DNA of 64,000 nucleotides from a virus: IMG/VR virus record IMGVR_UViG_3300027861_000010; one strand, 5' to 3'. Shown piece by piece: positions 57,174 to 64,000 of this stretch (position 1 is its first letter; each line of letters starts with the position of its first letter). The notes under the pieces were generated by a model. It saw only the letters and a program-made list of their open reading frames with translations, ran no database searches and was not told where the DNA came from. The position numbers and the translations under genes were made by a program.

Positions 57174-59193
57174 AACGCGAATCATTATTCGACACAGGTG
57201 GGCTCTTGGCGATACGGTCTTGATGACTGCATTGGTTCGAGACATTCATCGAGCCTATCCTGGTGAATACGAAATCAAAGTAGACACGAACTTCACTAAC
57301 GTGTGGTGGAACAACCCGCACGTTACTACGTTCGAGGAAGCAGGCCTGCCTCGGCCCACCAAAATCACAGTGGAATGGGGAGACGCGATCAAGTGGAATG
57401 CGTACGCCAAGTACGGTGGTCGCAAAGAGATGAAGCACATCCTCGCTTGGTACCACTACGATTTTGAGCGTAAGACGGGACTGAAAGTTCCAGTCACCGA
57501 TCCGAAGCCCGATCTGCACCTGGATGCTCAAGAAATAAAGCGACGTATTCAGGGGCGGTACTGGATTATCCTTTCAGGCGGCAAGCTGGATCTGACCACC
57601 AAGCATTGGCACGCACACCGTGCTCAGGAGACGGTCGACAAACTAGCTGCAATGGGAATTCACTGTGTCCAGGTAGGAGCAGTCCATACCAATCACGTTC
57701 ACCCGCCGCTGAAGAACACCACGAACCTAATAGGTAAGACTGAGAATGTCCGTGATTTGTGGAACTTGATCCTCCACTCAGATGGCGTCATTTGTGGTGT
57801 GACCGGGGCGATGCACATTGCGGCTGCGTTTGACAAACCGTGCGTGGTCTATGCGGGCGGAAGAGAGGAACCTTGGTTCGAGGCTTATGTTGACAACTTC
57901 AAGGCTTTCGGACCCACAGCCAATTCAGTAAAAGTGCCGCATAAGTTTCTGCATACAATTGGTATGCTTGAATGCTGTGACGTGCAGGGCTGTTGGAAGA
58001 AGCGAACTATCCCCTTGGATCCGACGGACCTGAACCGCAAAGCTCATACTTTGTGTCGTCAGCCTGTCCGCCCCGCGGCAAGTCATCCAGTTCCGCGGTG
58101 TCAGGACCTGATTACATCCGATCACGTTATCGAGGCCGTTATGGAATACTACGAATCAGGGATGTTACCTCCCATTCAACCGCCCAAGAAAACTTACGCA
58201 GATCAAAATCCGGATTTTAAGCCGGAGCCGGAGGGTATTCAGATTCCGACGGTTGAATTGGTCAAGGTTCGAGGTAACCAAACTGAAAAGTTGGCACAAA
58301 CTCCTGAAGCTCCAGTCCAGCTACTTCGAGAACCGTCGGTTGAGGTGCGTAAGCAGAAGGCGTACCAGAAGGTCCACCCGAAAGAGCTTGTACAGGCCAA
58401 GCCTGCTGGAATCAAACGTAAATTGGCGATCATGGATGACCCGATTATTGGCGGCAAAATTACAGTCTGCGTGCTTTGCTACGGTCCACACACAGACTTA
58501 GCCAAGCGGTGCTTGTCCAGCATTCTAGGTACGATTCCAAAGGAACGACTCGATCTTCGCGTTGCAACTAATCAAGCCGCTCAATCGACGATTGATTATT
58601 TGAAGACGCTGCCGATCGACAAGCTCTACATCAACAGCGAGAATCGGCACAAGTATCCAGTCATGCGGGAAATGTTTTGGGACCAGTCGAAACCCATCGA
58701 GACCAACTATCTTGTTTGGTTTGATGATGATACTTGGATCGTGAAACCGCAATGGATCGACGACCTGTGCACCACGATCGTCGGCAACCACCCGTATAAC
58801 TTCCGCATGTTCGGCAACATCATGTATCACGACTTGGCGATTTACGCTAAAGGCGGTGGTCGACCGGATGCTTGGTTCAGGACTGCTCCTTGGTACAAGG
58901 GTCGAAATTTCAGAGCTAAAAGCAGCCAACAAGAGACGCCAAACGGCAGCATGATTGATTTTGCTGTTGGATGGTGTTGGGCCTTGAGTGTTGAAGCCAT
59001 GCGAACCGCCAACATGCCTGACCCAAGACTAGGACACAACGGCGGCGACATCACGTTAGGCGAGCAGATACATCAAGCTGGCTTTGCCATCAAACAATGG
59101 AACCGCGGTAAGAGCTTGGTTGCTTGTCCGTCAAGGGAGCAGGGCGGACGCCGTGGTTACTCGGAGAGATTTCCATGGGATCCCAAGCGTTAG
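57160..59193 (+). CDS. GT9 (heptosyltransferase-like) - GT2 fusion glycosyltransferase
   Basis: GT9 motifs RWALGDTVLMTALVR and VTGAMHIAAAFDKPCVV, a Cys cluster, then GT2 motifs ITVCVLCYG and YLVWFDDD. TTG start. Confidence 0.85.
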   Translation: MSKPKTRIIIRHRWALGDTVLMTALVRDIHRAYPGEYEIKVDTNFTNVWWNNPHVTTFEEAGLPRPTKITVEWGDAIKWNAYAKYGGRKEMKHILAWYHYDFERKTGLKVPVTDPKPDLHLDAQEIKRRIQGRYWIILSGGKLDLTTKHWHAHRAQETVDKLAAMGIHCVQVGAVHTNHVHPPLKNTTNLIGKTENVRDLWNLILHSDGVICGVTGAMHIAAAFDKPCVVYAGGREEPWFEAYVDNFKAFGPTANSVKVPHKFLHTIGMLECCDVQGCWKKRTIPLDPTDLNRKAHTLCRQPVRPAASHPVPRCQDLITSDHVIEAVMEYYESGMLPPIQPPKKTYADQNPDFKPEPEGIQIPTVELVKVRGNQTEKLAQTPEAPVQLLREPSVEVRKQKAYQKVHPKELVQAKPAGIKRKLAIMDDPIIGGKITVCVLCYGPHTDLAKRCLSSILGTIPKERLDLRVATNQAAQSTIDYLKTLPIDKLYINSENRHKYPVMREMFWDQSKPIETNYLVWFDDDTWIVKPQWIDDLCTTIVGNHPYNFRMFGNIMYHDLAIYAKGGGRPDAWFRTAPWYKGRNFRAKSSQQETPNGSMIDFAVGWCWALSVEAMRTANMPDPRLGHNGGDITLGEQIHQAGFAIKQWNRGKSLVACPSREQGGRRGYSERFPWDPKR

Positions 59194-59519
59194 TTTTCGA
59201 TCATCACCTGGCAGTACAGTTGTGGGCTGATCCGTTCTTCTGGGAAAATGCCCCAAGCTGGGAGGATGACCGTGAAATGGCAGAAGCTGAAGCTGAAGCG
59301 GCAGCAGAGGATAAAAGTAGCCTCAGTGTCAGGCACAGCGATCTGTATAATGCATGGGCGAATCGCTTAGAGTACTGTGCTAGCACCGATCCAGCAGTGG
59401 TTCGTCAGATTACGGATTACATCCACAAGAAACGAAAATATCGGCGGGAGCAAATTGTGCTGCCCGCCACTAAGACCAGAAGGACAATGGTTCTTCTCTC
59501 TAATGGAGTAGAGACATGA
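59175..59519 (+). CDS. Hypothetical protein
   Basis: ATG 59175 after GGAGAG. Confidence 0.6.
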   Translation: MGSQALVFDHHLAVQLWADPFFWENAPSWEDDREMAEAEAEAAAEDKSSLSVRHSDLYNAWANRLEYCASTDPAVVRQITDYIHKKRKYRREQIVLPATKTRRTMVLLSNGVET

Positions 59520-59959
59520 CACGACGCATCCGGTTGACTCGTTACGCCGCTAACACGGTCAACTTCAACAACTATGGAGCCTACCGGCTGCGTATTGAAG
59601 TGACGTCCGTTGAAGGTGCTGACCTGGACGAGCACATCTTCATTTACAAGCGGAACCCTCCAAGTGCGTACACCAACTTGAGTTGTGATACGTTCGAGGC
59701 TGTTGCTGGACCTCCCCAGTTGGCCCTGTATCCGGCGGGGGAGCCTAATGCTGATCAAGGTTGGCCGTATTATCGACTGAACTATGTCGAGCTGGATTTA
59801 CCGTCCACAAAACAGGCTGATCAAATTTGGCAAGAGATTCAGAGGGAAGTCTGCGTCTTGATTTCCGCGATGGACCGGCTCGATCAATTACAAGCTATCG
59901 AAGACATCTGGTGCCCTGGTCCGCCAGATACAGGATCGCAGTCTTCTCAAAGCGTTTAA
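59516..59959 (+). CDS. Hypothetical protein
   Basis: 147 aa, ATGA coupling. Confidence 0.65.
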   Translation: MTRRIRLTRYAANTVNFNNYGAYRLRIEVTSVEGADLDEHIFIYKRNPPSAYTNLSCDTFEAVAGPPQLALYPAGEPNADQGWPYYRLNYVELDLPSTKQADQIWQEIQREVCVLISAMDRLDQLQAIEDIWCPGPPDTGSQSSQSV

Positions 59960-59968
59960 GGATAAACC

Positions 59969-60268
59969 ATGGCTTTGCATAAATTATTGGTCATAGAGGA
60001 GGCCGTGCTGATCTCCATGGCCGGGAACCCAAACTTCGTTCGCGAATTCGGATTTTTGAAGGGCTTACAGCAACTTCGCAAATCACGAACTGGTTGTGGT
60101 CGTTGCAACAAGGGAGCAGGCAAACGCGTGCAACTGGTCAACGCAGCTAAACAATCTTTGGTCAGCATGGGGGCTGAAAAGAAGCGTAGACTTAAGGCAT
60201 TGCTCAAGGCGGAGAAGGTTCGCATACGTGCTGCGAACGGAGGCAAAGTCACGGAGTACACATTCTAG
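59969..60268 (+). CDS. Small basic CxxC protein
   Basis: 99 aa, GCGRCNKG; last gene of the structural run. Confidence 0.65.
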   Translation: MALHKLLVIEEAVLISMAGNPNFVREFGFLKGLQQLRKSRTGCGRCNKGAGKRVQLVNAAKQSLVSMGAEKKRRLKALLKAEKVRIRAANGGKVTEYTF

Positions 60269-60275
60269 CGATAAA

Positions 60276-60323
60276 CCTAAAGAAAAGCGAAATTCGTGTC
60301 ATTATTGTATGAAGGAAACCTTA
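60276..60323 (+). promoter_or_regulatory. Promoter-like motif copy 1
   Basis: CCTAAA-N14-GTGtCATTAT-N3-ATGAAGGAAACCTTA; same elements and spacing at 61761. Confidence 0.65.
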
Positions 60324-60341
60324 TGGTTTCCCCTCTCGAGG

Positions 60342-60375
60342 CCTCGGTTGGACTTTCCAATCGAGGTTTTTTATT
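60342..60375 (+). terminator. Intrinsic terminator
   Basis: CCTCGGTTGGA-ctt-TCCAATCGAGG followed by TTTTTTATT. Confidence 0.75.
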
Positions 60376-60397
60376 AGTTCTTACTGGAGGCAAGACA

Positions 60398-60907
60398 ATG
60401 ACTGAGAAGAAATTACCCGCAGCTACCGGACCCATCAATCAGTTTGAAGCTGTACCGCACAACCAGTGCGTTTCCGATAGTTTGTCGTTTGGCATGCGGG
60501 ATGCCGTCGACCCTGAGGCATATAAGGCATATACCGCTGACGATGTCGTCTTCGTCACGGCCTGCAATTTCGAGACTGAAGAGCAGCTCGAAGAGATTAT
60601 TGCTCGTTACCTGGAAGTCTACTGGAAGAAATGTCCAGAGGCTGCTGACGCCGCCCGCAAAGCCTGGCGGGAAGGACGTATCATCGTGCCCCGGGCACAC
60701 GGCTACTGCTGCCCTATTGGTGCTCCCGGGCAGCCGCTTTGGGTTAATTTTGAAGAATGGAAAACCGAAGTTGCCAATCACGCTCCTGAGTGGAGCATGG
60801 GTTGGTGTCCTCGCAACTGTGAAGTTACTCGCGAACAAGTGCTCGCGACACAGACCATTCAAGAACTGTACCAGCTCTTCCCCAAGGGCGATGAAAACTG
60901 GAGATAA
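60398..60907 (+). CDS. Hypothetical non-structural protein
   Basis: ATG 60398 after GGAGG. Confidence 0.7.
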   Translation: MTEKKLPAATGPINQFEAVPHNQCVSDSLSFGMRDAVDPEAYKAYTADDVVFVTACNFETEEQLEEIIARYLEVYWKKCPEAADAARKAWREGRIIVPRAHGYCCPIGAPGQPLWVNFEEWKTEVANHAPEWSMGWCPRNCEVTREQVLATQTIQELYQLFPKGDENWR

Positions 60908-60908
60908 C

Positions 60909-61769
60909 ATGAGCATTAAAATCGTTACCCACACCGGCCAAGCTCATCGGGATGAGTTCATGGCTTGTTGTTTGATTGTCGCAACGCATGAAGGTTGCCG
61001 TATTGAGCGACGAAGTGTTCGACCGGAGGATTTGCTGGATCCCGCAACGTTGGTACTTGATCAAGGTATGGAGCACGACCCAAACCTGTACAACTTTGAT
61101 CATCACCAATTTGAGCGTGACGCTCCAGCGGCCTGCAGTATCACTTTGATTTTGGAGTTGGTTGGTGTCGAAGATGCTGACGCGGCTCGAAAGATCTGGC
61201 AGTGGTTGGAGTTCAGCGAATGGTTGGACGCAAAGGGACCGTACCAGACAGCAGAGCGGTTCAAAATGGATCCTGATACTCTGATCAATTCCATGTCTCC
61301 TGTCGAAACGTCCGTGCTACGTTGGTTTGCATCCAAGAAGGTTGTTCAGCCGGACCATGAACTTTGGCAGCTGATGCATCGCATCGGCAGCGACAAGCTC
61401 GATTACTACAACCAAGTGAGCGAGCGACTCGAACGGCTGGAGCGGGAAGTGGTGTTTCACGACTTGTACAGTTACAAAGTCTGTGACGCTACTTCAATTG
61501 ACCGGACTGAAGGTCCTCTACTGGCCTTGGAGTTGTACCTACGTCAGCTCAACCTTGATTGCCCAATTACGGTCACACAAGATGATCGAGGTGATGGCCT
61601 GTGTTTGTTCCGCCGCGGTAACGACATCCGAACTGACTTCAGTAAGGTTGAGAATGACGACGGCGTGGTCTTTGCACACAAGAATGGCTACGTTGCTAAG
61701 CTCCATGCGGATGTCCCATGGCAGGGCATTCTTGAGGCTTCGCAGGTCAAGTTTTTGGCACCTAAATAA
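60909..61769 (+). CDS. MYG1-family (DHH superfamily) exonuclease-like protein
   Basis: IVTHTGQAHRDE, VLDQGMEHDP..NFDHHQ, EWLDAKG and VVFAHKNGYVAK match the MYG1/UPF0160 motif pattern. Confidence 0.8.
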   Translation: MSIKIVTHTGQAHRDEFMACCLIVATHEGCRIERRSVRPEDLLDPATLVLDQGMEHDPNLYNFDHHQFERDAPAACSITLILELVGVEDADAARKIWQWLEFSEWLDAKGPYQTAERFKMDPDTLINSMSPVETSVLRWFASKKVVQPDHELWQLMHRIGSDKLDYYNQVSERLERLEREVVFHDLYSYKVCDATSIDRTEGPLLALELYLRQLNLDCPITVTQDDRGDGLCLFRRGNDIRTDFSKVENDDGVVFAHKNGYVAKLHADVPWQGILEASQVKFLAPK

Positions 61770-61808
61770 ACTGGTTTTTGGTGGCATAATTAGATGAAGG
61801 AAACCTTA
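61761..61808 (+). promoter_or_regulatory. Promoter-like motif copy 2
   Basis: CCTAAA-N14-GTGgCATAAT-N3-ATGAAGGAAACCTTA. Confidence 0.65.
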
Positions 61809-62340
61809 GCACTTTCAGCTGGGGTTTTTGGCTTAGTTCAGGTGCGATTCCTGGACTGAGTCCTTAACGGTCGAGTCTTCCCTCGGCTAAAGGCAAACAA
61901 ACGAGTCCCTCTTTTGTGGGCTCAAGTATTGTTCGCAGGCGGGTTGCCTACTATGCCCGTCTCTAGCTCACTGCGACTCTATCGCATAGTAAATCTCTTT
62001 GACTCTTTGCAGCCCCGTGGCAGGACACCACGGACTGTAGGAAGTGAGTCAAAACAAGCTGGAGTGATGTTCCAGCTGACAATAGTAAACCGTTGCAAGG
62101 CTCTGGTGGCTTAATTCCAGAGAGTCCACTTGCAATCGGAATCCATCCTGTAACCGAACAGCTCGGCTGTAATTTCACGGGGAAGTTCCGTGACGCTGTG
62201 ACCAGCGGACAAGGGCTTCGGCCTGGGTCAACGACACCATGAAACAGCCTCCCCGTGGCGGTGTTGGATAATCAACCAATGTTTCATTCCCTGTTTTTCA
62301 ATAGCCCGGCCAGGTTGCACCACCTGGTCGGGCTTCTCCA
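61794..62340 (+). ncRNA. Candidate large structured non-coding RNA
   Basis: About 550 nt with no credible ORF; at least ten stems identified by eye, including a T-loop-like 12-bp hairpin, a cUUCGg tetraloop and a long-range pairing. Confidence 0.55.
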
Positions 62341-62365
62341 TTGGTGCATTCACAAGGGTATCGTC

Positions 62366-62668
62366 ATGAATACGATCAAGTCTCTCTTGCAGTTGGTTAT
62401 CAATGTTTCCGTTTGTGCGTTGATCTGCACCGCGTTGATGTTCACTTTTCTTAACCCTCCGCCCAAGTCTGCCCCGACGATCGGGACGGTCGAGTGGAAG
62501 GAAGACGCTTCCGCTTCAACGCAAGCACTGGCTTGGTCGGCGTTCGCGATGACCAGCTGGAAAGTCAACTCCTTTGGCCCCATCGCGTTGGCTGAAGGTC
62601 AGGTCCCACTGACTAACGAAAAGCTTCGTTTCGTCGGTGTCGGTGGCCGCTGGTACATCGTCGAGTAA
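62366..62668 (+). CDS. Small membrane-anchored protein
   Basis: ATG 62366; N-terminal hydrophobic helix LVINVSVCALICTALMFTFL. Confidence 0.65.
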   Translation: MNTIKSLLQLVINVSVCALICTALMFTFLNPPPKSAPTIGTVEWKEDASASTQALAWSAFAMTSWKVNSFGPIALAEGQVPLTNEKLRFVGVGGRWYIVE

Positions 62669-62683
62669 CCTTCAATTCCCATT

Positions 62684-62709
62684 ACGGGCATGCAATGGGG
62701 CATGCCCGT
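62684..62709 (+). promoter_or_regulatory. Perfect 10-bp stem-loop in an intergenic spacer
   Basis: ACGGGCATGC-aatggg-GCATGCCCGT. Confidence 0.55.
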
Positions 62710-62743
62710 CTCCCTTACACATCTTCTCGAGAGGAAGAAAACG

Positions 62744-63436
62744 ATGAGTGATCAGATTAAGGAGATCGAAGCAACGATCTCGCAGCAGATGCACAAACAA
62801 CTGGCCGCAGTTGGTGGTGAAGTTCGAGGTTCGCGAGCTAAGCGAAACAAGCAGGTGATTCAGGAGGGCAAGTTGTGTTTGGACTTCCTAAACATCTGCC
62901 TGAGTTACGGGCGTACGCGTACGGCTATTTTGTCGTACGCAAAGTCCCACATGGGGATGACAGCAGGACTGTTCGACAAGATGTGCAACATCGGTCGGTA
63001 CATGGTTGGACCGCCATCTCAACCAGCGATCAATCCGAAGCTGCTGCCATTCTGCGACCCAGCGGTGTTCCTGTACATCGCTCGATTGCCGGAAGAGGAG
63101 ATCCCGGGAAAAGACGGTGCCTTGCGTGCTTACACCGATGCGATTTGGTCGCACATGGAAAAGCGACACGGCGTTTACCTGCGTGGAAAGATTGTTGACC
63201 TGGCCACCTACCGTTGGACTGAGTGGCACAGACGATACGTCCAGCGTAAGCAGCAGGACAGTGCTGAAAATGCCGTGCAATGTCGTACTGGCAGGATCGA
63301 AGCCAAGGATGCAACCTGCGGTGACGTCACGATCACGTTCAAAGTGATTGGGGCTGTCGGTAAGAAACCAACGGCTGCTCAGGCTCGAAAAGCCGTCAAC
63401 TGTTTGTTCAACAAAGGTGAGATCGTTTTTGACTAA
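62744..63436 (+). CDS. Hypothetical non-structural protein
   Basis: ATG 62744 after GAGGA; 230 aa. Confidence 0.7.
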   Translation: MSDQIKEIEATISQQMHKQLAAVGGEVRGSRAKRNKQVIQEGKLCLDFLNICLSYGRTRTAILSYAKSHMGMTAGLFDKMCNIGRYMVGPPSQPAINPKLLPFCDPAVFLYIARLPEEEIPGKDGALRAYTDAIWSHMEKRHGVYLRGKIVDLATYRWTEWHRRYVQRKQQDSAENAVQCRTGRIEAKDATCGDVTITFKVIGAVGKKPTAAQARKAVNCLFNKGEIVFD

Positions 63437-63448
63437 AGGAGAAATACA

Positions 63449-63622
63449 ATGCGTCGGATCGCATTTATTATTGGTGTGACTTTACTGTTGTCCGGTTGCG
63501 TGAGTCCCTCACACAAGCAGACGTTGTCAATCGCATCGCAGGTTAGAGGCATGGAGCTTCGAGACCTGCAAACCTCTCCAGGTACAGCTGAATGTGGCTG
63601 CACCTATTCCGTAACCTGGTAG
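63449..63622 (+). CDS. Small lipoprotein (57 aa; below the ORF-track cutoff)
   Basis: SD AAGGAG; MRRIAFIIGVTLLLSGC lipobox; ends CGCTYSVTW-stop. Confidence 0.75.
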   Translation: MRRIAFIIGVTLLLSGCVSPSHKQTLSIASQVRGMELRDLQTSPGTAECGCTYSVTW

Positions 63623-63659
63623 CGGCCTTCGCCACTGCCACCATTTGAAGGAGTCTATT

Positions 63660-63935
63660 ATGGCTAACTTTATCTCGATTGCCGAGTCGGCAAATCTGGA
63701 TTTCGAGGCTCGTTTGGCATTGAACCGTTGGGGGGCTTACGCTGAACGCGGTCGCAACCTGCAGGCTGAGCCCGCGACATTGAAGTTGTTCCAGCCGGAA
63801 CCGGAAGTTCCAGCGGAAGTTGGTATGCACGAGTTGATCAGTGACGAGTTCACTCCGGAAGAGCTCGTTGAGATGTTCAATCGTGAACCCCTGGTCATCG
63901 ACTGGGACGAACACCAGGAGAAGGCGTACGCTTAA
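63660..63935 (+). CDS. Small acidic hypothetical protein
   Basis: ATG 63660 after AAGGAG. Confidence 0.7.
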   Translation: MANFISIAESANLDFEARLALNRWGAYAERGRNLQAEPATLKLFQPEPEVPAEVGMHELISDEFTPEELVEMFNREPLVIDWDEHQEKAYA

Positions 63936-64000
63936 CTGCGGCGTACGTCCTGGGCAGGACACAAAACTGCCCTTCTATTACAACCACACACTTCAAGAGG

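Noticed and set aside
43085-59193. Diversity-generating retroelement acting on fibres
   Set aside because: No reverse transcriptase or template/variable repeat pair was seen in the window.
61831-61861. tRNA gene
   Set aside because: Only a T-loop-like hairpin; no D arm, anticodon arm or CCA context was found.
61846-62130. Cluster of GAGTC/GACTC (GANTC) sites as iterons or methylation sites
   Set aside because: Several are stem halves of the predicted structure and the spacing is irregular, so they were kept under the ncRNA finding. An origin is not fully excluded.
61914-62365. Short ORFs (61914..62114, 61963..62178) and the 62255 upstream extension
   Set aside because: No SD, no coding-like composition, and they overlap the hairpin-dense region.

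Overview
The window is the morphogenesis region of a large contractile-tailed (myovirus-like) dsDNA bacteriophage. Essentially all real genes are on the + strand. Order: head genes (partial head protein, scaffold-like protein, decoration protein, HK97-type major capsid protein, small head proteins); a GT2 glycosyltransferase; a cluster of large beta-rich/LamG virion appendage proteins; neck and tail terminator; sheath and tube; central spike; tail assembly chaperone with a -1 frameshift extension; 1618-aa tape measure; baseplate genes with an embedded sigma-70-family factor; five paralogous Cys-rich baseplate/fibre proteins; a 1686-aa collagen-like fibre; a GT9-GT2 fusion; then a non-structural region from about 60.3 kb. 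Portal, terminase, holin/endolysin and replication genes were not recognised. Most notable: (1) a cassette between the baseplate genes encoding a pro-matrix metalloproteinase, two exported CxxCH c-type cytochrome-like proteins and a secreted peptide, all Planctomycete-like, which suggests a Planctomycetota host; (2) a giant collagen fibre beside a putative protein heptosyltransferase/GT2, with MMP-type cleavage motifs flanking its internal globular domain; (3) a ~550-nt ORF-free, hairpin-dense candidate ncRNA behind a promoter-like motif that occurs twice, next to a MYG1-like nuclease; (4) a recurring K-x-A-[A/S] motif in prohead proteins. All family assignments come from motif recognition by eye, with no database searches.
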